Below are positions 12,950 through 23,043 of a DNA stretch of 32,000 nt, in pieces. Origin of the DNA: Aliivibrio fischeri ES114 (GTDB lineage: Bacteria; Pseudomonadota; Gammaproteobacteria; Enterobacterales; Vibrionaceae); NCBI RefSeq assembly GCF_000011805.1, contig NC_006842.1; one strand, written 5' to 3'. A program made the translations under genes and the position numbers. Below the pieces are notes generated by a model. That model was not told the origin of the DNA. It saw nothing but the letters and a program-made list of their open reading frames with translations, and made no database searches. Numbering within the stretch: position 1 is the first letter of the stretch; each line of letters begins with the position of its first letter.

Positions 12950-13159
12950 ATGAGAATGACCCAAAATGAAATACGCGAAGCCGCACTTAATATTTCGCTC
13001 ATGCGTGAAGGCAATAAACCACGTACTGAACGTATCGATCGTGAAGCAAAACAACGCATCGATGACAAATGGTATCAATGGCAACTACGTAAAATTGAAG
13101 AAGGAGAATTAATATTATCGTCACCGCCTAATTACGGATTCACTCGACGATGCGAATAG
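12950..13159 (+). CDS. Hypothetical small charged protein
   Basis: ORF track 12944..13159. The second ATG has better spacing to AAGGA. Confidence 0.45.
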   Translation: MRMTQNEIREAALNISLMREGNKPRTERIDREAKQRIDDKWYQWQLRKIEEGELILSSPPNYGFTRRCE

Positions 13160-13436
13160 CATCACATGACGAACTCACTCAAGGATAGGTACTTGGTTTT
13201 AGTGTGTGACAATCACTAAACAAAAATCCGTCTGTTAATGGTCAAACCATTCGTGAAGCCAACACGTAACAATACACATACTTAATTGGTTGGGTGTAAG
13301 TCTTGTAAACACATATCGGTGTTGTCTATTGGCAGTAGGCAGAAAAACAGCAAGCATCCCGCTCGAATATATACAGTATCCAAGTATCTATCTTTGAGTG
13401 AGTTTTCTTTTCTATCTATGAATAAGGTCGCACAAC

Positions 13437-13937
13437 ATGAAAAAAGGCATATTACTTTCGGCAATTACATTACTTTCATTCACTGCTCATGCTGAACTAA
13501 TCAACGTTTCTTATGATTTTTCAAATGAGCATCAATTTGAATACACAACGCTTTTACCTACCTCTCAGCCCTATACACTGTCCAAAATAAAAGAGAAAAA
13601 AGTCATCACTCAGTGGCTCCAAACTGAAGAAGGACATTTCAGCCCTCTCTATCAAACGGTAACAGAAGGGGTAAATGTAAAAATCATTGCAAAACCGACT
13701 AATAACAAAAAAACCACCTATCAATTCGATGTGCAATATTTTGCGCCGCCTACAATCACTCGCAAGGTTGATAGCTTAAGTGGATTCGAAGTGAGTGTGG
13801 TAACACAAAGTGTCACCGCATTCACTGAAACACCAACGTTTATCGAAAATAAACCAGTTTGTAATGACGAAAAGTTCTGTGTCACCTTGATATCTCAATA
13901 TCCTGACGAAGAAACAGAAAACAACACCATCTTCTAA
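13437..13937 (+). CDS. Secreted protein of unknown function (signal peptide ...SFTAHA/EL)
   Basis: 166-aa ORF with a clear N-terminal signal peptide. Confidence 0.6.
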   Translation: MKKGILLSAITLLSFTAHAELINVSYDFSNEHQFEYTTLLPTSQPYTLSKIKEKKVITQWLQTEEGHFSPLYQTVTEGVNVKIIAKPTNNKKTTYQFDVQYFAPPTITRKVDSLSGFEVSVVTQSVTAFTETPTFIENKPVCNDEKFCVTLISQYPDEETENNTIF

Positions 13938-13946
13938 AGGCATAAT

Positions 13947-14213
13947 ATGACTATCCTCAAAGAAAATGAAATTGTGACCATTATCGATGCTGATTACGAT
14001 GGCTTTTTTAAAGTCATTTCTCCAAAAAACATCACTCAATCGTTAGTGAAAAGCAAAAAATTCATTTTAGTTGCACTGATTGAACCTATTGATATGGATA
14101 AATTCAAAGAGTTCTTGTTCAAACAAACGGGCATTGATGCCCGTGATGATCAAGAAAATGTCCACATATCCATTGAACCACACCGATTACAACTCGCAGA
14201 GTCCTTATCTTAA
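13947..14213 (+). CDS. Hypothetical cytoplasmic protein
   Basis: 88-aa ORF, 9 nt after the preceding gene. Confidence 0.5.
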   Translation: MTILKENEIVTIIDADYDGFFKVISPKNITQSLVKSKKFILVALIEPIDMDKFKEFLFKQTGIDARDDQENVHISIEPHRLQLAESLS

Positions 14214-14226
14214 GGGCTCTTTTTTT
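14198..14226 (+). terminator. Weak hairpin plus T6; possible attenuator before the pil genes
   Basis: agagtcc (14198-14204) / gggctct (14214-14220) with one G-T pair, then tttttt. Confidence 0.4.
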
Positions 14227-14248
14227 ACATCCAAAAAAGGACATCATC

Positions 14249-14602
14249 ATGAAACGATGGTTATTAGCTTTAAGTATGGCTATGACTTTACAAGCCAACG
14301 CAGAAACAATGGCCGTTAATATAGACACATTACAAATGCCAGTTCGTACCATTTTCCCTGCCAATATCACCCATGTTGAGCAAGCCGTTACATGGCTTAT
14401 TGAACCCATTGGCTATCGTATTCTTACCGATTACCCTGCACCTGAAAGTGCAAAATTACTGTTAGATAGACCTATCCCGATGGCCGCAAAAATGCACCGT
14501 ACCATGCCATTAGTCGATGCTATCCAATTACTTATCGGGGAAGAAAACACCATCATCCTTGATAACGAACATCAACTTATTACGTTCTCACGAGGTAACT
14601 AA
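14249..14602 (+). CDS. Periplasmic pilus-biogenesis protein resembling the N-terminal region of ICE/PAPI-type PilL
   Basis: Signal peptide ...LQANA/ET. The pattern TWLIEPIGYRIL...LLDRPIP...LVDAIQLLIG...LITFSR is recalled from PilL-family proteins. Not verified. Confidence 0.5.
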   Translation: MKRWLLALSMAMTLQANAETMAVNIDTLQMPVRTIFPANITHVEQAVTWLIEPIGYRILTDYPAPESAKLLLDRPIPMAAKMHRTMPLVDAIQLLIGEENTIILDNEHQLITFSRGN

Positions 14603-15333
14603 TGCGTAAACAACATCTACTTGCTACGTCATTACTGGTGATATTGTCAGGCTGTGCTTCTGAGCCAGAATATCAGGGAGATGGCGAATATTTTGAATTA
14701 ACCAATCGCCACGTTATTGAACGTGATCTTTCGGTATTTCGCTCTACAACCGTCATTAATACCAGTAAAGCGGCTGTCGCTCCAATTACTCAACCAACCA
14801 ACGATTACTATGAAGCCACCATTAGTCAAGGGGAGGCGTATAACTCAGCCGTTAAACGTTGGTTAAAGGCAGAAGGATACAGCAATATCGCATGGTCACT
14901 CAGCGACAATAATCGAGCGATCCTCTCTTCACCATCCACAAGCGAATTAATCTTTTCAGGCAGTTTAAAACAAGCTCTTGTTGAATTATCAGAGCATTTG
15001 CACATGCCAATTAACCTTATCGTCGATGAAAAGGCAAAAGTGGCAGGTATTTATGATTTTAATGACGATGTGCGCATTACTCATGTTCAAGGCGATTCGT
15101 TACGCCAAGTAACCAAACATTTAATTGAAAACTACGGTTTACGTTGGAACGACACCGAAGACAGTGCACGCAGTTGGCTTGTTGATACTAACTACCAGTT
15201 CAGCGCAGATTATTACATCATCACTCAATACGATGACATCTCCACAGCATTAGAAACTGTGCTTGAGGGTTATCCCGTTTACTCCGAAATTCTTGAGTCC
15301 ACAGGACAAGTATTCATTCAAGAGGAATTATAA
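14602..15333 (+). CDS. pilL: Lipoprotein, PilL/TcpQ-like
   Basis: Lipobox LSGC. The segment AVKRWLKAEGYSNIAWSL resembles the TcpQ-domain pattern. TAATG coupling on both sides. Sits immediately upstream of the secretin. Confidence 0.55.
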   Translation: MRKQHLLATSLLVILSGCASEPEYQGDGEYFELTNRHVIERDLSVFRSTTVINTSKAAVAPITQPTNDYYEATISQGEAYNSAVKRWLKAEGYSNIAWSLSDNNRAILSSPSTSELIFSGSLKQALVELSEHLHMPINLIVDEKAKVAGIYDFNDDVRITHVQGDSLRQVTKHLIENYGLRWNDTEDSARSWLVDTNYQFSADYYIITQYDDISTALETVLEGYPVYSEILESTGQVFIQEEL

Positions 15334-16772
15334 TGCGTAAGTTCTTATACGGCTCACTGGCTCTGCTTATGTTATCTGGCTGTGCCTCTCAAGAGTTTAA
15401 AGATAACCTCGCGTTTAACGACGCAATACATCAAAGCATCGGGGAGCAATCAAACTCGAAGTTGTATAAAAAAGTCAATTTCATTACAAAACCACCTATG
15501 GTTGTTACACCAATAGTGGAAAATGTGGATATGGAATGGCTAAAAAAACCAAGTAATGTGAACGCCATTGAATTACCACTCTCAGTGGTTCTTGAGCAAT
15601 TAATGAGTGATGTCAATATCCCGATTTATTTCTCAAAAGACGTTCAACCAAGTACACCTATCACATTAAATTTTTCATCTTCTCGTCAAGATGTTTTAAA
15701 TTCACTGTCTAAAGAATCAGGATATGGCATTGAATATAAAAACAACCGATTAGAAATATCAAAGTACATTACTCGCGTATTCACGCTTAACATGCCATCA
15801 GGAACCATGTCAGGGCAATTAGGCTCACAAGGACAATCGTCCAGTGAAGACAGTGCTCGCATTGAAGGGCAATATTTAAATGTTGAATATAAAGATGTAC
15901 AAATCGTTGATGAAATTGCAGCAAGCTTAGAAAAAGTGCTTGGCGGTGATGACATCGCTAAAAAGTCTATCTCGGTATCTCCTGCCTTATCGAGCGTGAC
16001 CGTCACCGCAACGATTGACCAAATGCAAGACATCGAGTACGTCATTGACCATTACAAAAAAGAGTTATCAAAACAAGTCATTCTTGACATCCAAATGATT
16101 GAGTTTCGCTCAAATCTTGGAACAGAGCATAGTATCGATTGGAATATCGTAAAAGATACAGGCAACGGCTTACTTCAATTTTTTGTTCCTGGTACTACAA
16201 CCATTTCTCAAGGTGCTGGCTATGGTCTTGCCTTCACAGGTAAAGGAAAATGGACAGGCACAGAGTCTTTTATCAGAGTACTTGAGCAACAAGGTAGCGT
16301 ATCAACACAAACCCCAATAACAGCAATGATTTTGAACAATCAGCCTGCAAAAATTACTCAACAAAATGTCATTCCTTACATTTATGAAGCATCAAGCGAA
16401 AGCAGCGAAGGCGTAATAAGTGCCAGTGTGACACGTAAAACAGAAGTTGAAGGGGTTGATATGATGGTGAACTCCATCATTCAAGATGAATACGTTTCTT
16501 TACGCATTTCAGGACAACTGCAAAAGATTTTTAACCGCTCAACGGAAAAAGTCGGTGATGTGAATCTTGGCATGTTAAGCACACAAAAATCTGAAATCAC
16601 GTTCGCAAACAAATTGCGTTACGGCCAAACCTTCGTCATTGCCTCAGTAAAACAAACCTCAAAAACTGCGGAGCAAACAAAAAGTTTTTGGACGGAATTA
16701 TTTGGGGGCACAGGAACCCGTAATGATACCGTTGAAACACTTGTGTTACTGACTCCACGCAAAGGCTACTAA
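15333..16772 (+). CDS. pilN: Type IVb pilus secretin lipoprotein
   Basis: Lipobox LSGC. The C-terminal secretin-like region starts near VILDIQMIEFRSNLGTEHSIDWN. Size and synteny agree. Confidence 0.8.
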   Translation: MRKFLYGSLALLMLSGCASQEFKDNLAFNDAIHQSIGEQSNSKLYKKVNFITKPPMVVTPIVENVDMEWLKKPSNVNAIELPLSVVLEQLMSDVNIPIYFSKDVQPSTPITLNFSSSRQDVLNSLSKESGYGIEYKNNRLEISKYITRVFTLNMPSGTMSGQLGSQGQSSSEDSARIEGQYLNVEYKDVQIVDEIAASLEKVLGGDDIAKKSISVSPALSSVTVTATIDQMQDIEYVIDHYKKELSKQVILDIQMIEFRSNLGTEHSIDWNIVKDTGNGLLQFFVPGTTTISQGAGYGLAFTGKGKWTGTESFIRVLEQQGSVSTQTPITAMILNNQPAKITQQNVIPYIYEASSESSEGVISASVTRKTEVEGVDMMVNSIIQDEYVSLRISGQLQKIFNRSTEKVGDVNLGMLSTQKSEITFANKLRYGQTFVIASVKQTSKTAEQTKSFWTELFGGTGTRNDTVETLVLLTPRKGY

Positions 16773-16780
16773 GGAATTTT

Positions 16781-17905
16781 ATGTCAACTCTTTCTTTAGC
16801 GACGTTCGTCATTCTGCCATCAGAAAAAGAACTCAAACGACATAGGAAATTATATCCTAGTCAATTTGAGCGTATTGTTGAAAATGGCGCCATGCTTCGA
16901 CGTTATTACTCAATGACTCCTGCTGTACTCTATGGGGAATTTATCAAGCAACACATTCAACCTCAAAACGACTTCGGTCGTTTTGTTTATATTGAACGCT
17001 TAGATGATGAATCCTCTTGGTACGGTGCTGCATTTGAAGACGGTCAATTACTGCATGAATACGTTGAATCATTTGAACAACTCATGCAAAACCTTGCTTA
17101 TGATTGCCATCTGGCCACACATATTTTCACCCCGACAATCTTTGATTCTATTTACTCACACAAATTGTCTGTTATTGAAAAGCTAACCGCTTCTCAAGAA
17201 ACGTATCAATTAGAGCGAATCAATGAGCATCACGCCGAAAAAATCATGGGAGGATTGATTTTAATCGTGTTGGCACTGTTTATTTCTCTGTACTTATTCA
17301 TGCCAAAACAAGAGCAACCTGTGAGCTCGAATGAGCCAATCATTGATCCAACCGCTCAATTTATTCAAAGCTACAACGATAAATTGATTGCATCAAACGT
17401 ATTAACCAACGCCATTCACTTATTAACAGAAACAGCCTTACTTCCAACACCAATGAAAAGTGATGCTGTCACGTTAAGTGGCAATACCTTAATCGCAACG
17501 TTAGATAAAAGCACCGTCAACGAGCAAACATGGAAACAGTGGCGAAGCAATGACACCACTCTTAACGCTTTATATGTTGAAGCAACAAAAGCATTTACCT
17601 TTCCCATTACAAGCATGGCGAAATGGCAACCTTTTGATGTAACGCATTATCTTCCAGCGTTTCTTGATGCGCTGAAATTGTTGAATATCACCGTAACAAA
17701 CCAACAATCCATTCCGCATGGTGACATTACCACTCACTCAATGCTGCTCACAATGAAGGGGGAAATAAGCAAAGCCCTGATTTTAAGTGAGCTCATTGAT
17801 AATCCAGCAATCACAACTAACGCACTAACGTTAACTCGTACTTCAACCGATGAAGTTTCATTAACTCTGTCTCTTTCTATACACGGGATCACTTATGGAA
17901 ACTAA
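16781..17905 (+). CDS. pilO: PilO-like pilus assembly protein (assigned by position; single central TM)
   Basis: 374 aa. TM GGLILIVLALFISLYLF. Falls in the canonical pilN-O-P-Q order. Confidence 0.5.
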   Translation: MSTLSLATFVILPSEKELKRHRKLYPSQFERIVENGAMLRRYYSMTPAVLYGEFIKQHIQPQNDFGRFVYIERLDDESSWYGAAFEDGQLLHEYVESFEQLMQNLAYDCHLATHIFTPTIFDSIYSHKLSVIEKLTASQETYQLERINEHHAEKIMGGLILIVLALFISLYLFMPKQEQPVSSNEPIIDPTAQFIQSYNDKLIASNVLTNAIHLLTETALLPTPMKSDAVTLSGNTLIATLDKSTVNEQTWKQWRSNDTTLNALYVEATKAFTFPITSMAKWQPFDVTHYLPAFLDALKLLNITVTNQQSIPHGDITTHSMLLTMKGEISKALILSELIDNPAITTNALTLTRTSTDEVSLTLSLSIHGITYGN

Positions 17906-18533
17906 GAAAAAAATAACTCTAGGTATTGGCGGTGTCGTCATCATATTGATGGGTTCATCAATTGTGATGGATATGTTCAGCAAGCCAACCACGCGAACCG
18001 CTCCTGTTACCCCAAAAGCCGTAGTAAGTAACACATCTTCATTTGCGCCTGAGTCCATTGAAGTAAAAACGGTTCAACCGATTATTCTTGAGCTATCAGA
18101 TAATGCCAACACGTTATTGAATGCGTTAGATTCAACGTACTTAAGCACCGTTAATACTCAAGCAAGTGAAGCCAAAATCAAAGAGCTCGAAAAACAAAAG
18201 CAACTCGACGATCTTGTGTTTGAGCTCACTTATGGTGAACGCGATGACCCCGAACCTGAGAAAAACTACTACGTGCAACCTGTAAAAACGGCACCGTCCA
18301 TTATTGACCGTCTACAAGTAAACAGCATCATTAATGATACGGCTTTTATTGATGTGTCTGGTCAAGTTATTCCCGTTAAAAAAGGGGATAACGTTGAAGA
18401 TGCAAAAATCACTCGCATCACCAAAAACACGGTTGTACTGACTCGTAACAATCAGTCATTTACAAAATACATTAAAGCTGCACCAATCAAAGTAGCGATT
18501 AAAAAGGAAAGCGAGGATGTTAGATCACAATAA
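17895..18533 (+). CDS. pilP: PilP-like pilus assembly protein (assigned by position; N-terminal TM anchor)
   Basis: 212 aa. Overlaps both neighbours. Confidence 0.45.
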   Translation: METKKKITLGIGGVVIILMGSSIVMDMFSKPTTRTAPVTPKAVVSNTSSFAPESIEVKTVQPIILELSDNANTLLNALDSTYLSTVNTQASEAKIKELEKQKQLDDLVFELTYGERDDPEPEKNYYVQPVKTAPSIIDRLQVNSIINDTAFIDVSGQVIPVKKGDNVEDAKITRITKNTVVLTRNNQSFTKYIKAAPIKVAIKKESEDVRSQ

Positions 18534-20070
18534 CATCATCCAATCGGATGAATTGAAATCCATCTACTTCTTACATCAAGATACGGTAATTACGCACAAC
18601 GGTGAAATCTTCACCTGTGATTTTGAAAGTCCATCTGTTGATAAAATTGATGCATTAATAAAAAAACACCCTGAACTATTGACCGATCCTTTCCGCTCAA
18701 TAACCGTCAAAAAAATAGAACGTACCGCAATTACTCACATCATTGAAGATATGTCGAGCTCAACTCACCATTCTTTAATCGATCATGAGTCCCTCAATGC
18801 AGTCGCTGAACGTGCCGTTGAGATATTACAAAATTCAGCAATGCGTGAAGTGTCCGACATTCACATCGAGTTATACGCGAAACAAACCCGAATTGAAGGC
18901 CGAATTGATGGAAGAATGGTGGCATTACAGCCTCCTGTTCCTGAGCACGAATATGGGAAGTTGTTGTTTGGCTATCTATTTAATGAGCTGGCCGTTGATA
19001 AAGACGATGATTTTTATCAAAACAAAATAAACAACGGACGAATTGAAATTGATCTCAATACCCCCGATGGATTACGCGAAACGCTTTGGCGAATTGGTTA
19101 CATTCCAGCCAAAGACAATGGCGGTCAAGCGACACTTAGATGGCTAAACAAAAATGAATCAGTTCCCCTACTAGATAACATTGGTTGGGAGACTGGACAC
19201 GTAAAAATCATGCGTGACTTTTCAAATAGTGCCTCTGGTATTTGTATCCTTGCTGGACAAACAGGCTCAGGTAAAACTACCACCATTGCCAGTATCATCA
19301 ATGAGTTAAAAGGAAAAGGCCGATCAATTAACACCTTAGAAGATCCTGTGGAATTTGACTTGGGAGTTATGCAGTCATCCGTCGTTAGTCAAAACGATGA
19401 TGAAGATCTGATGTTTAAATACGCGAAAGCCTTACTTCGTCACGATGTAGACATCGAATCTCACGGTGAAATGCGAGATATGAAAGATGCGATGAACGTT
19501 TGTCGTAAAGGGGAAACGGGGCAGATCATGTTTACCACCATGCACACCTCGTCAGCCATTGGTATTGGACATACATTAAATGAGCAAATGCACGTACCTA
19601 GTGCCTTAATTGCTGCACCGAACTTAATGAAGTTATGGATTTACCAAACCCTTGTTCGTACTTTATGCCCTCACTGCAACTTATCTCTTGATGACGTTAC
19701 CCCTCATTTAAATAACGATCAAAAAGAAAAATTAGATAAGTGGCTCACCGAACGTGACGACCATGTGTTGAAAGCCAATATGCGATTCAAAAATCCATCA
19801 GGCTGTGAGCATTGTAACGAAGGTGAAAAAGGCCGAACTACCTTGGTTGAAATGATCGTTCTGGATGATGAAGACCGTTTATTTATTTCAAATAAAGATT
19901 ATCTAGGTTGGTCAAAATCCTTATTAAAAAAAGGATTTAAACCAATAAGTGAACATGCCGCATTGAAAATCAAACGAGGTCAAGTTGATTTATTTACGGC
20001 AAATGAGCGAGTCAATGGATTGCTGACGAATAATTCAACCGATGTGTATCAACAACTGTGGGATGAATGA
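18517..20070 (+). CDS. pilQ: GspE/PilB-family pilus assembly ATPase
   Basis: Walker A GQTGSGKTT, Asp box LRHDVDIESHGEMRD, His box TTMHTSSA, and the CPHC...CEHC tetracysteine motif. Confidence 0.9.
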   Translation: MLDHNNIIQSDELKSIYFLHQDTVITHNGEIFTCDFESPSVDKIDALIKKHPELLTDPFRSITVKKIERTAITHIIEDMSSSTHHSLIDHESLNAVAERAVEILQNSAMREVSDIHIELYAKQTRIEGRIDGRMVALQPPVPEHEYGKLLFGYLFNELAVDKDDDFYQNKINNGRIEIDLNTPDGLRETLWRIGYIPAKDNGGQATLRWLNKNESVPLLDNIGWETGHVKIMRDFSNSASGICILAGQTGSGKTTTIASIINELKGKGRSINTLEDPVEFDLGVMQSSVVSQNDDEDLMFKYAKALLRHDVDIESHGEMRDMKDAMNVCRKGETGQIMFTTMHTSSAIGIGHTLNEQMHVPSALIAAPNLMKLWIYQTLVRTLCPHCNLSLDDVTPHLNNDQKEKLDKWLTERDDHVLKANMRFKNPSGCEHCNEGEKGRTTLVEMIVLDDEDRLFISNKDYLGWSKSLLKKGFKPISEHAALKIKRGQVDLFTANERVNGLLTNNSTDVYQQLWDE

Positions 20071-21086
20071 TGGCTAAATCAATACCAAAATTAAAGCAAG
20101 TCGCTTTACTGGAGAAAATCGCTCAGCTATCAAAAGCGGGTATCCATCAACGTAATATTGCAGTGCAACTCAGTAAATACGGGCATGGTGTTGAAAAAGA
20201 AATAGGTCAATCATGCCTTGATGCGATTGGCTCTGGACAATCTTTTTCTCATGGATTAGAGCACTGGATAAGCATAAACGCTTATCAAAGCTTATCCAGT
20301 GGGGAAGCGGTTGGTGAGTTCGTTCGCGGTGTACAAGAGGCGATTGAAGCACTTAATGTTGATGAAGCCAGTACTGGCGCATTATTCAAAGTACTCATTA
20401 AACCCATTGGAGGGTTAGGAGCCATACTCGGTATCAGTGCCCTACTCTCTAAATACGCTTACCCTTCATTATTAAAACAATTACCTATCCATCGTTGGGG
20501 CGGATTATCCCAATTCTCTTACGATTTTGGTTTATTTTGGCTCAACTACGGTGTTGTGGTCATTGTTTTAACTATTGGCTTAATAGGGTTTGTTGCTCTT
20601 ACCATTTCAAAAAACGGTAACTATCGAAAAGCATTCGATAACTTGCCTTTCTATAAACAATATCGACTGATACAAAGCGCGAACTTGCTTTCGTCTATTG
20701 CTCACCAAACCTTGGTTGGCAAGAGTTTGAAAAAATCACTATTGCACTACCAAAAATCAAGCTCTGCGTATTTATCGGCTCATATTCAAACCATGCTAAA
20801 CACGTTAGGAGGAGGTAAATCCAACGTAGGTGATATTTTTAACTCAGGTCTACTTCTTGATGAAGAGCACAGCACCTTAGTACTCCTTGGTGAAATAGGA
20901 AAAACACCAGAAACCTTGTACAAAAGCGCGCTCATTCATCGTGCAAAATTACTTACTGACGTTAATCGTCTAAAAACATGGGGCGACAACATCATCAAAA
21001 TTGGCGTAGGGCTTATTGCTTTCGTTGTTATTGGTGGTCTTCTTAGCCTTATCTTCAACATTGCCATGAATCAAGGGGCATTTTAA
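20067..21086 (+). CDS. pilR: GspF/PilC-family inner-membrane platform protein
   Basis: 339 aa with hydrophobic segments. ATGA overlap with pilQ. Synteny. Confidence 0.7.
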   Translation: MMAKSIPKLKQVALLEKIAQLSKAGIHQRNIAVQLSKYGHGVEKEIGQSCLDAIGSGQSFSHGLEHWISINAYQSLSSGEAVGEFVRGVQEAIEALNVDEASTGALFKVLIKPIGGLGAILGISALLSKYAYPSLLKQLPIHRWGGLSQFSYDFGLFWLNYGVVVIVLTIGLIGFVALTISKNGNYRKAFDNLPFYKQYRLIQSANLLSSIAHQTLVGKSLKKSLLHYQKSSSAYLSAHIQTMLNTLGGGKSNVGDIFNSGLLLDEEHSTLVLLGEIGKTPETLYKSALIHRAKLLTDVNRLKTWGDNIIKIGVGLIAFVVIGGLLSLIFNIAMNQGAF

Positions 21087-21581
21087 ATGACAACTTTTTC
21101 AACTGCTAAAAAACGTAATAAAAAACAACTTGGTGCTTTAAGTATCGATGGAATGATTTACACCAGTGCCATTATTATCAGCGTACTGTTTGTTATGTCT
21201 AAAGGACCAGCACTTTGGTATAAAATTAACACCGCAAGATTTTCAGCTCAAGCCTCTGAAATTGTTCAAGCAACTCAAGGGCGAGCAAACCTAGCAACCT
21301 TAACCATTGCAAAACTGTGTGCTCGTGATGCACTAGATAAAGGCATTTGTGGTACAGCAAATGACGGTCGTGGTACGAACCCATTTGGTGGCGATTGGAT
21401 TTTATCGGGTAATGCTAGCTCTTCTGCACTTATTGATTTAACCGCTACGCTACCAAATGATCAAAACAGAGTATTAGATCTTGCGGACTTAATGGCACCA
21501 ACAACTCGTTCTGGATGTACCGAAGCAACAGGCTGTTCAACCATTAAAACAACCGCAGACTCTGTTGTAATGACTTACTAA
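21087..21581 (+). CDS. pilS: Type IVb prepilin (major pilin candidate)
   Basis: Basic 16-aa leader ending KKQLG, followed by the hydrophobic ALSIDGMIYTSAIIISVLFV. Confidence 0.65.
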   Translation: MTTFSTAKKRNKKQLGALSIDGMIYTSAIIISVLFVMSKGPALWYKINTARFSAQASEIVQATQGRANLATLTIAKLCARDALDKGICGTANDGRGTNPFGGDWILSGNASSSALIDLTATLPNDQNRVLDLADLMAPTTRSGCTEATGCSTIKTTADSVVMTY

Positions 21582-21583
21582 TC

Positions 21584-22063
21584 ATGCGTCACCAACGCGG
21601 ATCATTTAGCGTTGGATTACTTCAATACCTTTCAATATCCCTCATTATTCTGGTGTTCTTCACTAGCTCATTACTTAATGTCTTGTCTGATATGCGCCTT
21701 GCAAAAGAGATTCATGTATCAGTTCAAGAAATAAGGCAAAAAAGCGCGTTGCACTACGCAAACCAAGTATTGCAAAGTCGCTGTTTGCCTCAAACCACAT
21801 TAACAATGGCGTTAATTGGAATACCAGATAATGACGGGTTGGCTAAGTATGATGTTAAGTACATTCAACGAGCGCAACCCAATAGCGCACCCTCTGGAAT
21901 AGAGATCCGTGCAACCTTACACGATAAAGAAATGGTTGAACGTGTTGCACGATTGCTATCCCCAACTCAACAAAACAACGACACCTTTATTTTTCATTTT
22001 CCATTAAGAAATCAGTTACATGATTGGCAACAATTAAATGTAAATAACGGGTGTATCAAATAA
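21584..22063 (+). CDS. Pilin-like protein (minor pilin candidate)
   Basis: MRHQRG followed by the hydrophobic SFSVGLLQYLSISLIILVFF. Confidence 0.4.
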   Translation: MRHQRGSFSVGLLQYLSISLIILVFFTSSLLNVLSDMRLAKEIHVSVQEIRQKSALHYANQVLQSRCLPQTTLTMALIGIPDNDGLAKYDVKYIQRAQPNSAPSGIEIRATLHDKEMVERVARLLSPTQQNNDTFIFHFPLRNQLHDWQQLNVNNGCIK

Positions 22064-22073
22064 GGAAACCAAA

Positions 22074-23030
22074 TTGAAAAAACAACGAGGCTTTGCTTCC
22101 ATTGTTTCGTTACTTATTGTTACTGCCGCTTTAATCATTGGTATTCAACAATGGTCTGCGTACAAAACAAAGCAACGCATCATAGCAACCAGTGAATCTT
22201 TTTATAACCGTGTGTTATTTATCAATGAACAATTTCATGCGTTCGCCCACGATAAATACTTATCTGGTGTAGGCATTAACACACAACATATTTTCCCATT
22301 CAAATTTATCGACTTAGAAGGAGATTATCTACCTACATGCTCAAATGAAGACAATCAGAAAGGGTACTGTTTTAAATACAATCAAACGCCTTGGGGGGAA
22401 ATAGCAGAGAAAGATTACGTTGTTGTTCCCGTTCCTAATGCTATTAGTCCTACCCACTATCGAGCTGAACTTACGCTGACATTGCCTGATAAAAACAATG
22501 ATGCATTGAAGTTTGATAGAGAGGCCACGATCCAATTATTCGCTCAACTTCCTAACATCACTTATGACGAGGTAAAAAACCAAATTGTTTTACGTATTGA
22601 ACGTCCAGATAAAGCACTGGCTTATGATTCATTAGTAAAACGAAGCGGTGATGATTCAACGTTATTAGGCGATTGGGATACAGGAGGCAACCACGCCATA
22701 ACCAACGCAAAAGACTACACAATCAGAAATAGCGACGGGAGTCAGCAATTAGTCAGTACAGGGTTAGTCAAAATCTTTCAGGTTAAACACGGGGATTTTA
22801 TAGATAAACCCAAATGTCCTGAGAACCAGCAACCCGATCTAACTTTAAGTCTTCACACTGTCATTATCTCCAACAAATACACCTTAACAGGCAGTATTAA
22901 GCCTTTCAGGTTGTCAGAAACCGCCACCCAATGGCAAGCAGGACTACAAGTTAGAGTAGTTCTAAATTCAACAGGTAAAGCAGACAAAATAACCACTGGA
23001 ATTATGACTGCTTTTGTTCAATGTAAATAA
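22074..23030 (+). CDS. pilV: PilV-like minor pilin/adhesin candidate
   Basis: MKKQRG/FASIVSLLIVTAALIIG prepilin-like N-terminus, large C-terminal domain, and position after pilS. Confidence 0.55.
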   Translation: MKKQRGFASIVSLLIVTAALIIGIQQWSAYKTKQRIIATSESFYNRVLFINEQFHAFAHDKYLSGVGINTQHIFPFKFIDLEGDYLPTCSNEDNQKGYCFKYNQTPWGEIAEKDYVVVPVPNAISPTHYRAELTLTLPDKNNDALKFDREATIQLFAQLPNITYDEVKNQIVLRIERPDKALAYDSLVKRSGDDSTLLGDWDTGGNHAITNAKDYTIRNSDGSQQLVSTGLVKIFQVKHGDFIDKPKCPENQQPDLTLSLHTVIISNKYTLTGSIKPFRLSETATQWQAGLQVRVVLNSTGKADKITTGIMTAFVQCK

Positions 23031-23043
23031 AAAAGGAAAGACC

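Noticed and set aside
13362-13376. ctcgaatatatacag as a possible LexA box upstream of the 166-aa secreted-protein gene
   Set aside because: Only the right half (ACAG) fits. The left half is CTCG instead of CTGT, so it is probably not a functional SOS box.
12899-14409. Track ORFs 12899..13084(-), 13282..13464(-), 13286..13495(+), 13554..13736(-), 13776..14039(-), 14080..14319(+), 14119..14409(-)
   Set aside because: They overlap better-supported + strand genes or intergenic hairpins and have no SD or motifs. Treated as shadow ORFs.
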